Of a stretch of 64,000 nucleotides of DNA, positions 1-9,754 are shown in pieces; position 1 is the stretch's first letter; each line of letters starts with the position of its first letter. Source of the DNA: Candidatus Saganbacteria bacterium (GTDB lineage: Bacteria > Margulisbacteria > WOR-1 > O2-12-FULL-45-9). The stretch lies in NCBI GenBank assembly GCA_016219705.1, contig JACRKQ010000053.1, positions 6,793 through 70,792 on the forward strand, written 5' to 3'. A program made the position numbers and the translations under genes. Under the pieces are notes generated by a model. The model saw only the letters and a list, made by a program, of their open reading frames with translations. It did no database searches and was not told the DNA's origin.

Positions 1-1265
1 GGATCAAATACCATCTGGGCGTTGACGGAATAAGTTTGCCGCTTTTAATTTTGACCGCTCTCCTCTCTGTTATCTCCTTAATTTATTCCTGGATCATTAA
101 AGAACGGACCAAAGAGTATTTTATCCTTTTCCTCTTGCTTCAGATGGGGATGCTGGGGGTCTTTTCAGCTTTAGACCTTTTCCTTTTTTACGTCTTTTGG
201 GAGATAAGTTTGGTGCCGATGTATTTTTTGATCGGTGTCTGGGGCGGGGCGCGCAAAGAATACGCGGCGATCAAATTCTTCCTGTATACGCTTTTAGGCA
301 GTCTGGCGATGCTCCTCTCGATCCTGGTTTTGTATTTTAATACTTCCCCGCATACCTTTGATCTCCTGGAGTTGGCAAAAATTGCTGATCCTCGAACCGC
401 GGCGCTGGTCTTTAGCGGTTTCTTTTTGGCTTTTGCGATTAAGGTCCCGATGTTCCCTTTTCACACCTGGCTGCCGGACGCGCACGTGGAGGCGCCCACG
501 GCTGGTTCCGTGATCCTGGCGGGAGTTCTTTTAAAGATGGGGGCGTACGGTTTTATTCGGTTTTCTCTGCCGCTCCTGCCGGAGGCTTGCCGCTTTTTTG
601 CCGTACCGATCGCGATCCTGGCAGTGATCAGCATCGTTTATGGCGCCCTGGTTTCGCTGGCGCAGACTGACCTTAAAAAATTAATCGCCTACAGCTCGGT
701 GAATCATATGGGTTACGTGATGCTCGGTATTGCCGCCGGGATGATGAGTTCCCCCCAATTGGCGGCGCAGTCAACAGCGATCTCCGGCGCGGTCCTGCAG
801 ATGGTTAGCCACGGCTTGATCACGGGCGGGCTCTTTTTATTGGTGGGCGTGATTTATGAGCGGACACATACCCGCCAGCTCGCCGATTTCGGCGGCCTGG
901 GGGCGAAGCTCCCGGTCTTTGCCGGCATCTTTAGTTTTTTTGCTTTCGGTTCGCTCGGCTTGCCGGCGCTGTCCGGTTTTATCAGCGAGTTTTTGATTTT
1001 TATCGGGACTTTTCCGATCTATCCGGTTTTGACCGGACTATCGCTGATTGGCGTCTTATTAACGGCCGCGTTATTTTTGGTCACCATTGAAAAAATGTTA
1101 TTGGGTCCGCTTTTGCCGAAAAACAATCTTTTAGTTGACGTTGATAAACGTGAAATTTTCTGTCTCGGGGTTTTGGGCGTTCTCGTTTTGCTCCTGGGCG
1201 TCTACCCGCTTCCATTGTTGAAAATGATGGAAAACTCTGTAGCGTTTATTTTGGGAGGAAGATAA
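1..1265 (+). CDS. nuoM: NADH-quinone oxidoreductase subunit M, 5'-truncated by window edge (frame open to position 1)
   Basis: Conserved complex I antiporter-like motifs (FFYVFWEISLVPMYFLIG, WLPDAHVEAPTAGSVILAGVLLKMG); aligns to E. coli NuoM from about residue 90. Confidence 0.85.
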   Translation, partial: IKYHLGVDGISLPLLILTALLSVISLIYSWIIKERTKEYFILFLLLQMGMLGVFSALDLFLFYVFWEISLVPMYFLIGVWGGARKEYAAIKFFLYTLLGSLAMLLSILVLYFNTSPHTFDLLELAKIADPRTAALVFSGFFLAFAIKVPMFPFHTWLPDAHVEAPTAGSVILAGVLLKMGAYGFIRFSLPLLPEACRFFAVPIAILAVISIVYGALVSLAQTDLKKLIAYSSVNHMGYVMLGIAAGMMSSPQLAAQSTAISGAVLQMVSHGLITGGLFLLVGVIYERTHTRQLADFGGLGAKLPVFAGIFSFFAFGSLGLPALSGFISEFLIFIGTFPIYPVLTGLSLIGVLLTAALFLVTIEKMLLGPLLPKNNLLVDVDKREIFCLGVLGVLVLLLGVYPLPLLKMMENSVAFILGGR

Positions 1266-1266
1266 T

Positions 1267-2640
1267 TTGTCTCTGTTTTGGCCGGAAGGAATAGTTTTAT
1301 TAACTGCCTGTCTCGTCCTGGTAGGGGATCTCTTCCCGCGGCGTGTCCAGCCTGTTCCGATCGCGCTTGCAGGTTTAGGGCTAAGCTTGCTTTCCCTGCT
1401 GGTGTTGCGCTCGGGCGGAAGTTTAGCCGCTTTGGCTCACAATTTTTATTGGTTTGATCTCTTCTCCCTGTTTTTCAAAGGCTTGTTTTTAGGCATTGGC
1501 TTAATTATCGTCATGATAAATATCGATTATTTTAAGGCCCAGGTCAAGAAAAATGAAGGTGAGTTTTATTTCTTGTTCCTAATTTCTCTTTTAGGCTTGA
1601 TGATCGTTGTCAGTTCGCCGAATTTGCTTTTAATCTATCTGGGCATAGAGATTGTCGGTCAATCATCTTATCTCCTCGCTGGCTGGCAAAAAAACCTGCG
1701 GCGGTCCGGGGAAGCGGCCATCAAATATTTTCTTTTTGGCGCCGTCGCCTCGGCGATTTTTCTTTACGGCGTTTCCTTATTCTATGGGCTGACCGGCAGT
1801 TTTGATTTAAGCCGGTTACTTGTTTCTCCTTTGCTCTCGCCGTTATATTATGCCGCCTTGATTTTTATGGTCCTGGGTTTTGGTTTTAAGATTGCCATGG
1901 CGCCGATGCAATTCTGGTGTCCCGATGTTTACGAAGGAGCGCCAATACCGATCACCGCTTATCTCTCCGTCGGCCCCAAAGCGGCCGGATTTGCCGTGCT
2001 TTTACGGTTTATAACGTTAGCGCGGGCGGATCTTATTTGGCTTTTTGCTCTGTTAGCGGCGGTGACGATGACTTGGGGCAATCTTGTTGCTTTAAGACAG
2101 AAAAACATCAAGCGCTTATTGGCCTATTCCAGTATTGCCCAAGCCGGTTACATCTTAATCGGTTTAGTCTCCCCGCAGTTAGGCTACGGGGTGGTCGGTT
2201 TTTATCTTTTGGCTTACGCGCTGGCAAATTTAGGGATCTTTGCTATTGTCATTTATTTATCTTTAATTTTGCAAAGCGAAAATATCGATGATTACGCCGG
2301 TTTTGCCCGCCGGTCGCCGGCTTTGGCGGGAGCGCTGGCGCTATTTTTGTTTTCCCTGATCGGCATACCTCCTCTGGCCGGTTTCGTCGGTAAATTTTTG
2401 ATTTTCAAGGCGGCGGTGGGGAGCGGTTTTCTCTGGCTGGCGCTTTTGGGCGTTATCAATAGCGTTGTTTCGGTCTATTATTATCTCAATATTTTACGGG
2501 TGATCTACTTTAAGCCAGGGGACGAAACAGCGATTAATCTTCCGGCGGCGATTGCCTTGGCGGTCATGGCTTGTTTAATTGGCACTATTGTTTTTGGCCT
2601 TTTTCCCGATTTGGCCGGCAACTTCTTTTTAAAAATTTAA
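1267..2640 (+). CDS. nuoN: NADH-quinone oxidoreductase subunit N
   Basis: Polytopic membrane protein immediately after nuoM; LLAYSSIAQAGYILIG motif typical of NuoN. Confidence 0.8.
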   Translation: MSLFWPEGIVLLTACLVLVGDLFPRRVQPVPIALAGLGLSLLSLLVLRSGGSLAALAHNFYWFDLFSLFFKGLFLGIGLIIVMINIDYFKAQVKKNEGEFYFLFLISLLGLMIVVSSPNLLLIYLGIEIVGQSSYLLAGWQKNLRRSGEAAIKYFLFGAVASAIFLYGVSLFYGLTGSFDLSRLLVSPLLSPLYYAALIFMVLGFGFKIAMAPMQFWCPDVYEGAPIPITAYLSVGPKAAGFAVLLRFITLARADLIWLFALLAAVTMTWGNLVALRQKNIKRLLAYSSIAQAGYILIGLVSPQLGYGVVGFYLLAYALANLGIFAIVIYLSLILQSENIDDYAGFARRSPALAGALALFLFSLIGIPPLAGFVGKFLIFKAAVGSGFLWLALLGVINSVVSVYYYLNILRVIYFKPGDETAINLPAAIALAVMACLIGTIVFGLFPDLAGNFFLKI

Positions 2641-2655
2641 CCGCTGATGTTTTCA

Positions 2656-4110
2656 TCAAATAATACTTGGTTTCCGCTTATGCCAGTCCGTATTCTGTTC
2701 GTAGGTGAAGGCGGCGCGCAATAAAGTCTCTTCTGCAAAAGCTTTTCCAATTAATTGTAAACCGATCGGCAGATTATCGATAAAACCGCAGGGGAGAGAA
2801 ATAGCCGGCAATCCTGCCAGGTTAACCGGGATAGTGGCGATGTCAGAGAGATACATGGCCAGAGGGTCGTTGGACTTTTCCCCGACTTTAAAAGCAGCCG
2901 AAGTGGTGGTAGGGGAGAGAAGAAGGTCGCAATTCTGGAACGCCCGCTCAAAATCATTCTTAATCACGGTGCGGACTTTTAACGCTTTGAGGTAAAAGGC
3001 GTCATAATAACCGGCGGAAAGGGCGTAAGTGCCGATCAATATCCGCCTTTTAACTTCCGGCCCAAAACCTTCCGCCCGCGTATTGTTGTACATTGTCAAA
3101 AGGTCAGGGGAGTTGGGACTGCGTTGTCCGTATTTAACTCCGTCATAGCGGCCCAAATTTGAGCTGGCTTCAGCCGGAGCAATTAAATAATAAGTTGCCA
3201 CGGCGTATGCAAAAGTGGGAAGTGAAACTTCCATTATCTTCGCCCCTAATTCTTCAAACTTCTTCATGGTTTGCTGGATTGACTCCTTAACTTTGGGTTC
3301 AATCCCTTCTCCTAATAGTTCTTTAATAATGCCAATGCGGAGATTTTTGATGTCGTTGACCAATGATTTTTGATAGTCAGGGACGGGCCGGTCAACAGAA
3401 GTGGAATCTTTTTTATCATGGCCGGCCAAAACATTTAACATAATAGCGGTGTCGGTGACATCTTTGGTTAGCGGGCCGATTTGGTCGAGAGAGGAGGCGA
3501 AAGCCACTAATCCATAACGAGAAACCAGCCCATAAGTTGGTTTAAGGCCGACGACACCGCAGAATGCGGCTGGCTGTCTGATCGAGCCGCCGGTGTCCGA
3601 TCCCGTTGCCATCACGGCTTCATTAGCGGCGACGGCGGCAGCGGAGCCTCCAGAAGATCCCCCCGGCACACAATTTAGGTCCCAGGGGTTATAAGTCTTA
3701 TGCAAACCGGAGTTTTCTGTCGAAGAGCCCATAGCGAATTCATCAAGATTTGTTTTTCCCACCACAACGGCTCCCGCGGCTTTTAGTTTTTCGACCACAG
3801 TGGCATCATATGGAGGCTTGTAATTGCTCAAGATTTTTGAAGAGCATGTTGTCAAAATTCCTTTTGTGCACATGTTATCTTTGATGGCGATAGGAATTCC
3901 TGTCAGCGGGGTAACGTTATCGTTATTTTTCAGTCGTTCATCAGCCGCTTTGGCTTGTTTAAGCGCTTCTTCTTTTGTTACTGTTACAAAAGCCTGGATT
4001 TTTGGCTCAACTTTTTCCAGATGAGCAAAGACTGCGGTGGTCAGCTCCTGGGAGCTGCTCTCTTTTTTGGCGAGTAACTTATTAAGTTCATGGGCGGTTT
4101 TTTTGTGCAT
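2656..4110 (-). CDS. gatA: Glu-tRNA(Gln)/Asp-tRNA(Asn) amidotransferase subunit A
   Basis: Amidase signature [13 protein letters not shown], 484 aa, directly downstream of gatC. Confidence 0.9.
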   Translation of the reverse strand: MHKKTAHELNKLLAKKESSSQELTTAVFAHLEKVEPKIQAFVTVTKEEALKQAKAADERLKNNDNVTPLTGIPIAIKDNMCTKGILTTCSSKILSNYKPPYDATVVEKLKAAGAVVVGKTNLDEFAMGSSTENSGLHKTYNPWDLNCVPGGSSGGSAAAVAANEAVMATGSDTGGSIRQPAAFCGVVGLKPTYGLVSRYGLVAFASSLDQIGPLTKDVTDTAIMLNVLAGHDKKDSTSVDRPVPDYQKSLVNDIKNLRIGIIKELLGEGIEPKVKESIQQTMKKFEELGAKIMEVSLPTFAYAVATYYLIAPAEASSNLGRYDGVKYGQRSPNSPDLLTMYNNTRAEGFGPEVKRRILIGTYALSAGYYDAFYLKALKVRTVIKNDFERAFQNCDLLLSPTTTSAAFKVGEKSNDPLAMYLSDIATIPVNLAGLPAISLPCGFIDNLPIGLQLIGKAFAEETLLRAAFTYEQNTDWHKRKPSII

Positions 4111-4388
4111 TATTCCATTATCTTTGGCACTCTAAACATATTGTTTTCCACTGTTGGTCCGTTAGCGACGATTTCATCCGTATTTGTACAAGGGGCGGCC
4201 ACATCTTCCCGCCAAACATTTTTCATTGGGATTGCGTGGGAGGCGGGAGGAATATTGTTCGTGTCCAGTTTTTGCAGCCTGGCGGCATAATCTAAAATAA
4301 CCGAAAGCTGCCGGCCGTATAACACTTTTTCGTCTTCAGTCAAACCGAGACGAGCGAGTTTGGCGATGTGATTAATATCGAGCTGCAT
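4110..4388 (-). CDS. gatC: amidotransferase subunit C
   Basis: 92 aa, [13 protein letters not shown]...DTNNIPP pattern typical of GatC; abuts gatA. Confidence 0.8.
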   Translation of the reverse strand: MQLDINHIAKLARLGLTEDEKVLYGRQLSVILDYAARLQKLDTNNIPPASHAIPMKNVWREDVAAPCTNTDEIVANGPTVENNMFRVPKIME

Positions 4389-4403
4389 AAATCAATTATA
4401 TCG

Positions 4404-5414
4404 TTATAGACGCAAGCTGGCAACAGGGGAGAGGGATAATGACGAATGACTAATGACTAATGACGAATTAATGAATTTATAATACCCAGCACAGCCAATC
4501 ATGGCTGCGTTATCAGTACAATATTCAAAGGGAGGAATTATTACTTCCAGCCCTTCTTTCTGACCTCTTTTTTGTAATCGACTCCTTAAGCTGGAATTGG
4601 CCGAGACGCCGCCGGCGAGGGTGACAATTTGGACGTTGCGATCTTTGGCCGCGCGAATGGTTTTCTCTACCAGCGTTTCGACGATGGCTTCCTGAAAACT
4701 AGCGACGAGGTCTGGAACTTGTGAAGCGTGAAGAGTGAGGCGTGAAACGTAATTTACAACCGCTGTTTTGATTCCGCTGAAACTGAAATCGTAACCCTGG
4801 TCCATCATAGGGCGGGGAAATTTGATGGCGGCTGGATTTCCTCTCTTGGCCAACTTATCAATAACCGGTCCGCCGGGATAACCCAAACCCAAAAAACGAG
4901 CGACTTTATCAAACGCTTCTCCCGCCGCATCATCCCGAGTCCGGCCCAGCGTTTCATATTCTCCATGACCTTTGACGAGAATAATCATTGTGTGCCCGCC
5001 GGAGACTAATAAACTAATAAAGGGAAAACTTAGAATTTTAGATTTAGAGTTTAAGAAGTTGGCGTATATGTGTCCTTCAAGATGGTTAACTTCAACCAGC
5101 GGGATTTTTCTTCCCCAGGCAATGGCTTTAGCTGCGCAGAGCCCGACGAGGAGGGAGCCGACCAAGCCTGGGCCATAAGTTACGGCAACGGCATTTATGT
5201 CGCCAAACCCAACGTTGGCTCTTTCCAGCGCTTCTTTAATGACCGGATTGATCACTTCAATATGTTTGCGAGCGGCAACTTCGGGAACAATCCCGCCATA
5301 TTTTTTATGAAATTCAATTTGCGAGGAGATGACGTTGGAAAGAACTTCCTGTCCGTCTCTGACAACGGCGGCGGCGGTTTCGTCACAGGATGTTTCGATG
5401 GCTACTATAAACAC
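4404..5414 (-). CDS. tsaD: tRNA N6-adenosine threonylcarbamoyltransferase
   Basis: Kae1/TsaD motifs (IETSCDETAAAV, SLLVSGGHT, DDAAGEAFDKVAR, AGGVSAN); contains heptamer-repeat-derived segments. Confidence 0.85.
   Translation of the reverse strand: MFIVAIETSCDETAAAVVRDGQEVLSNVISSQIEFHKKYGGIVPEVAARKHIEVINPVIKEALERANVGFGDINAVAVTYGPGLVGSLLVGLCAAKAIAWGRKIPLVEVNHLEGHIYANFLNSKSKILSFPFISLLVSGGHTMIILVKGHGEYETLGRTRDDAAGEAFDKVARFLGLGYPGGPVIDKLAKRGNPAAIKFPRPMMDQGYDFSFSGIKTAVVNYVSRLTLHASQVPDLVASFQEAIVETLVEKTIRAAKDRNVQIVTLAGGVSANSSLRSRLQKRGQKEGLEVIIPPFEYCTDNAAMIGCAGYYKFINSSLVISHSSLSLSPVASLRL
4437..4478. repeat. heptamer array (TAATGAC/GAATGAC)x4 plus degenerate units, 42 nt, encoding the C-terminal tail of tsaD
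   Basis: Direct reading of sequence. Confidence 0.85.
4721..4755. repeat. heptamer array GTGAAGC GTGAAGA GTGAGGC GTGAAAC inside tsaD
   Basis: Direct reading. Confidence 0.8.
5021..5048. repeat. irregular TTAGANT ~7-nt tandem repeat inside tsaD
   Basis: Direct reading. Confidence 0.6.
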
Positions 5415-6478
5415 AGCAGAGGAACCTCCTTTTTGGACAATGACAGTGGTCGGGCATCACGCTGGCCCAGGAAGACGTCGGGGAAGATATCAAGGGGCCA
5501 ACCCAGTTCGTTCAAAGAAAGGGAAAAATAATTAGTGGCATTATAGGCAAAATCGCCGTAGGAATGGTAGGCGTAATGTAAACTGACGCCGGCGTAATGG
5601 AAAGTTGCTCCGTAAGTGAAATTATTGGTCAAGGTCGAGCTCTGCGGGTCCTGGTCGACGCCGGCGCGTAAAGTTAAAAATGGATTAGGCGCAAATTCAA
5701 TTCCGGTATGGATGGTTGTCGATTTGGCTGTTTGCAGACTTACATTGGCGTCGGCCGCGATGGAGAGATCAACCGGCGCATAAACAGCCGCTTTTAATTC
5801 TTCGCCCAAGAGAAAAAACCGGGAGCCGATTTTTATTGAGAGAGGTAGATTTTCTCCCTGGGAATTTGCGATGATTTTACTAGAACTGAAGAGATTTTGG
5901 CCGACAACGCCAAAGCTAAACGGACCAACTCCCTGCTGCAGCAAACCGACGTCCAGGTTCCAGCAGCTGCCGGAGCCGGCGCTGACTTCATAGCCATTCT
6001 GGGTATAATATTTCAAGTTAAGCCCCCAGGAGAAGCGTTCATTAAGACGGCGGCCGAACGAGAGGAAGATAACGCTATCGTTGAAAGAGGTTGTTGATTT
6101 TGGTAAAACGCTGGCCGAATCCCTGATTTCAATTCCTCCGATATTGGCGCCGACATAACCCAGCCCGATGGCGCTCTGCTCGCCGAGAGGATAAACGCCG
6201 CCTAGCAGAGAATAAGTGACATCCTCCATGACATTGGCTGACATTGAGAGGAGTTCAAAAGCGTCGATACCGCCCAATCCAGCTGGATTGCTGAAAATAG
6301 TATCAGCGGATTCTCCGACCGCCACGTATGCTCGTCCCATTCCCAGCGCGCGGGCGCCAACGCCGATGGTGAGAGGATCAAAGGTTGTTTGGGCGGCAAC
6401 AACACTGGGAAGAAATGACAAATGACAAATGACAAATGACAAATGAAGGAATCGCTTCGCGATATTATAATAATTCAT
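5405..6478 (-). CDS. secreted outer-membrane beta-barrel protein, PorV/PorQ/FadL-like
   Basis: N-terminal signal peptide followed by GARALGMGRAYVAVGESADTIFSNPAGLG (FadL/PorV-family N-terminal signature), alternating beta-strand pattern, aromatic C-terminus; family assignment from memory only. Confidence 0.4.
   Translation of the reverse strand: MNYYNIAKRFLHLSFVICHLSFLPSVVAAQTTFDPLTIGVGARALGMGRAYVAVGESADTIFSNPAGLGGIDAFELLSMSANVMEDVTYSLLGGVYPLGEQSAIGLGYVGANIGGIEIRDSASVLPKSTTSFNDSVIFLSFGRRLNERFSWGLNLKYYTQNGYEVSAGSGSCWNLDVGLLQQGVGPFSFGVVGQNLFSSSKIIANSQGENLPLSIKIGSRFFLLGEELKAAVYAPVDLSIAADANVSLQTAKSTTIHTGIEFAPNPFLTLRAGVDQDPQSSTLTNNFTYGATFHYAGVSLHYAYHSYGDFAYNATNYFSLSLNELGWPLDIFPDVFLGQRDARPLSLSKKEVPLLCL
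6413..6452. repeat. (AAATGAC)x4 + AAATGAAGGAAT terminus, antisense within signal-peptide codons of PorV-like gene
   Basis: Direct reading. Confidence 0.9.
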
Positions 6479-6838
6479 TTATCGATTGGTAATCCAAATC
6501 TTGCCTTTGCCCAGGCGAGTTTTACCGCTATCAATCAGTTGATATAAATAGACGCTGCTGCCGACAAGTTCATTATTGGCGTCGTAGCCGTTCCAGGTTA
6601 TGCGATTGGTTGCGCCGGCCTGGAGATTAAAAACTTTGCGCTGCAAAAGCCGCGCGGCCATGTCATAAATATATAAGAAGGCTTCAGTTGTGGCGGTTGA
6701 ACTGCATTCAAAGGTGGCTATTTGCCCGGCGGCGGGGTTAAAGGGGTTGGGGTAATTAATAATCGTAACGGCGAAAAATAGAGTGATGAGCCAATTTCTT
6801 CTTTTCATGGAGGTATTGTAGCGGATTTTTTCCAGCAT
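6479..6838 (-). CDS. small secreted protein consisting only of a signal peptide plus T9SS-type C-terminal sorting domain (Por_Secre_tail / FlgD-Ig-like)
   Basis: MKRRNWLITLFFAV signal peptide then NYPNPFNP...LYIYDMAARLL...WNGYDANNELVGSSVYLYQL..GKGKIWI, the hallmark of the TIGR04183 CTD; stop codon abuts start of downstream barrel gene. Confidence 0.5.
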   Translation of the reverse strand: MLEKIRYNTSMKRRNWLITLFFAVTIINYPNPFNPAAGQIATFECSSTATTEAFLYIYDMAARLLQRKVFNLQAGATNRITWNGYDANNELVGSSVYLYQLIDSGKTRLGKGKIWITNR

Positions 6839-6891
6839 GCCAAATTATCATGAAGATGCTATACTTTTAGTGTCATGGCTTTGCCCAAAAA

Positions 6892-7581
6892 ATGATTGAT
6901 ATTGCTGCCAATATTGTTGAAGTTCGCCAGCGAGTGGCTGCTGCGGCAAAAAAATCCGGTCGCAATCCGGCCGATATCAAAATCATTGCGGTAACGAAAA
7001 CTGTTCCGGTTGAGATAATCGAACAGGCAGTTGCCGCGGGAATTACTGATCTCGGAGAGAATCGAGTTCAAGAAGCGACTCCTAAAATTGAAACACTCCG
7101 GCCCAAATATTCTAAAATTAATTGGCACATGATTGGTCATTTGCAGAGAAATAAAGTAAAACAGGTTCTCGCGAAATTTGATTTAATTCAATCGCTTGAT
7201 TCTGAACGCTTAGCACAGGAAATCAATCAACAAGCGACGATTCCCGTTTCCGTCCTGGTAGAGGTCAATGTCGGCGGTGAAGCAAGTAAAACGGGGCTGC
7301 CGGTGGCTGAAGTAATTAGTTTTTTGCAAAATCTGCCGGACTTTGCTAATATTAATGTCACCGGGCTAATGACTGTTGCGCCCTGGTTTTCCGATCCAGA
7401 AAAAACACGGCCTTATTTTGCGCAATTGAAACAGTTAAGCGAAAAAATAAAGACATTAAACCTGCCTCATGTTACAATGCAGTATCTTTCTATGGGGATG
7501 AGCGCTGATTTTGTCCCGGCCATAGAAGAAGGATCGAATATGGTCCGTTTGGGCCGCGCAATTTTTGGTAAGAGGAGTTGA
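6892..7581 (+). CDS. yggS: pyridoxal-phosphate homeostasis protein YggS family
   Basis: Alanine-racemase N-terminal-like fold motifs (AVTKTVPVE, DLGENRVQE, HMIGHLQRNK). Confidence 0.8.
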   Translation: MIDIAANIVEVRQRVAAAAKKSGRNPADIKIIAVTKTVPVEIIEQAVAAGITDLGENRVQEATPKIETLRPKYSKINWHMIGHLQRNKVKQVLAKFDLIQSLDSERLAQEINQQATIPVSVLVEVNVGGEASKTGLPVAEVISFLQNLPDFANINVTGLMTVAPWFSDPEKTRPYFAQLKQLSEKIKTLNLPHVTMQYLSMGMSADFVPAIEEGSNMVRLGRAIFGKRS

Positions 7582-7586
7582 AATAA

Positions 7587-8021
7587 ATGGGTTTATTTGA
7601 AAGAGCGAAACAGTTTATCGGTTTGGAGGAAGATGTCGAAGGAGGAGAAAAGAGCTTTGGCCAGCAGTTGGATATGTCGACGATTTTGCGCGGCAAAAAA
7701 GAACGAAGTGAGGGATCTTATGATGTCATGATTTATGAGCCGAAAGTGTACGAAGATTCGCTGAATATTTCCACTAATTTGCGTTCAGGCGCGCCGGTAA
7801 TCATTAATTTAAAGCACCTTGATCCTTCGGAAGGGACGCGTTTGATCGATTTTGTCTGCGGCACCGCCTACGCCATTGACGGCCATATGTTAAAAATAGG
7901 CGAGTCGATCTTCCTTTTTACTCCTAACAACATCGCTATCACTTCAGCCGAAGAGAAGGCGTCATTATCAGAGAGCGTAACTTTTGACCAGGAAAAACGC
8001 GAAACTTTTTTCTCCCGCTAA
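7587..8021 (+). CDS. sepF: cell division protein SepF
   Basis: DUF552/SepF-like 144 aa, downstream of yggS as in many genomes. Confidence 0.7.
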   Translation: MGLFERAKQFIGLEEDVEGGEKSFGQQLDMSTILRGKKERSEGSYDVMIYEPKVYEDSLNISTNLRSGAPVIINLKHLDPSEGTRLIDFVCGTAYAIDGHMLKIGESIFLFTPNNIAITSAEEKASLSESVTFDQEKRETFFSR

Positions 8022-8032
8022 ATGAGGTCATT

Positions 8033-8821
8033 GTGACAAGTATCGGTTTTATCGGCGGCGGCCGGATGGCCGAAGCCATAATTAAAGGTTTAACTGCCGC
8101 TAAATCAGATTGGGAAATCCATGTTTCTGACAGCGATCCGGCGCGGCGGGAACACTTGCGCAACCGATATTCGGCAACTGCCCATGTTAATAACGCGCAG
8201 TTAGCCCAACTGGTTGATGTCATCGTCTTAGCCATTAAGCCGCAGGTCTTTTTGTCGGTGGTAAAAGATTTAACCGTTAAGCCGGATAAATTAGTTGTTT
8301 CCATCGCGGCTGGCGTCACTCTCGATTTTTTGGAAAACGCTTTTCCTCAAGTTCCGGTTGTCCGGGTGATGCCGAATAATCCAGCGCTGGTCAAGGCAGG
8401 GATGACGGCGATCTCAACCGGCCCAAATGTTTCTAGAGATAAATTACTTCTAGTTGAGAAAATTTTCAGCGCAGTCGGAGAGATTGTTCACGTCGAAGAA
8501 AAACATATGGATGCGGTAACCGGGCTTTCCGGTTCCGGGCCGGCATATGTTTATTTAATGATCGAAGCTTTAACCGCGGCGGGCCGGGAATTAGGATTAG
8601 CTGCGGCTGTTTCCGAAAAACTGGCGCTCCAGACTGTTTGGGGCGCGGCGCAGACAATGTTAAAAACAGGCCAGTCCGCGGCCCAACTGCGCGAGATGGT
8701 GACATCACCAGGTGGGACAACTTTAGCTGGGCTGAAAGTTCTCGAAGAAAAACAATTTTTCCTCGTGTTGGTTGAGGCGGTAAAAGCGGCGGCGGTCCGC
8801 GCACAGCAGCTTAGTCAGTAA
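8033..8821 (+). CDS. proC: pyrroline-5-carboxylate reductase
   Basis: IGFIGGGRMAEA Rossmann motif, GSGPAYVYLMIEAL and SPGGTT motifs. Confidence 0.85.
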   Translation: MTSIGFIGGGRMAEAIIKGLTAAKSDWEIHVSDSDPARREHLRNRYSATAHVNNAQLAQLVDVIVLAIKPQVFLSVVKDLTVKPDKLVVSIAAGVTLDFLENAFPQVPVVRVMPNNPALVKAGMTAISTGPNVSRDKLLLVEKIFSAVGEIVHVEEKHMDAVTGLSGSGPAYVYLMIEALTAAGRELGLAAAVSEKLALQTVWGAAQTMLKTGQSAAQLREMVTSPGGTTLAGLKVLEEKQFFLVLVEAVKAAAVRAQQLSQ

Positions 8822-8842
8822 TATTAAGAAAGCAGGTTAATA

Positions 8843-9754
8843 ATGTCAAAGGTCCTTATTGTCGGTACGATTGGTCTGGATACGATTGAAACGCCTTTTG
8901 GTAAAAAGCCGGAGATAATCGGTGGTTCTGCCGTCCATGCCGCCGTGGCGGCCAGTTTTTTTGCCCAGCCGGCGATTGTCGGCGTGGCGGGGACGGATTT
9001 TCCTGAAGAGCATTTAACCTTCCTGCGGTCGCGCGGTATTGATACCAGCGGCATTAATATCCTGGCGGGTGAGACTTTTCGCTGGTCGGGTTTTTATGAA
9101 TACGACATGAACCAGGCCCATACGCGTGACACCCGTTTAAACCTTTACGCGACTTTTGATCCGCAGATCCCGGAAACACTGCGGGCAACGGCATATGTTT
9201 TCCTGGCGAACCTTGATCCCGATCTCCAATTAAAAGTCTTGGACCAGCTTAAAGGGCCAAAGCTGGTGGCCATGGACACAATGGATTTCTGGATAAAAAA
9301 TAAGCGCGAAGTCCTGCACAAAGTAATTAAAAAAGTTGATGTCGTTTTGATGAATGACGGCGAAGCGAGACAATTTATGGAGACGCCCAACCTGCCGCTG
9401 GCGGCCAACCGGCTGTTGGAGCTGGGTACCAAGCTGGTCATCATTAAAAAAGGCGAGCATGGCGCTCTGCTTTTCAGCCGGGACAATCATTTTGCCGCGC
9501 CGTCATATCCCCAGGATCAATTACGCGATCCGACCGGGGCGGGGGATTCTTTCGCGGGGGGCTTTATCGGCTATTTGGCCAAAAGTTATGACCTCTCCGA
9601 GCAGAATATCCGTCGCGCGGTCATTGTCGGATCAGTGATGGCTTCATTTAACGTCGAAGATTTCAGTCTCAATCGTTTAAAACAGCTAAAACACAAGGAG
9701 ATTGTCGAACGTTTTGCGGCCTTCCGCCGTTTTACAGAGTTTGCAGCAATTTAA
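8843..9754 (+). CDS. PfkB-family carbohydrate kinase
   Basis: Ribokinase-like fold with anion-hole motif DPTGAGDSFAGGF. Confidence 0.7.
   Translation: MSKVLIVGTIGLDTIETPFGKKPEIIGGSAVHAAVAASFFAQPAIVGVAGTDFPEEHLTFLRSRGIDTSGINILAGETFRWSGFYEYDMNQAHTRDTRLNLYATFDPQIPETLRATAYVFLANLDPDLQLKVLDQLKGPKLVAMDTMDFWIKNKREVLHKVIKKVDVVLMNDGEARQFMETPNLPLAANRLLELGTKLVIIKKGEHGALLFSRDNHFAAPSYPQDQLRDPTGAGDSFAGGFIGYLAKSYDLSEQNIRRAVIVGSVMASFNVEDFSLNRLKQLKHKEIVERFAAFRRFTEFAAI

Noticed and set aside
1917-2291. 124-aa plus-strand ORF inside nuoN in another frame
   Set aside because: Overlaps a well-supported membrane-protein gene; Arg-rich shadow frame.
5070-5531. 153-aa plus-strand ORF
   Set aside because: Antisense to tsaD; no RBS or domain.
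6413-6452. Heptamer arrays considered as CRISPR arrays
   Set aside because: Period is 7 nt with no unique spacers, and no cas genes are present. These are simple tandem repeats.
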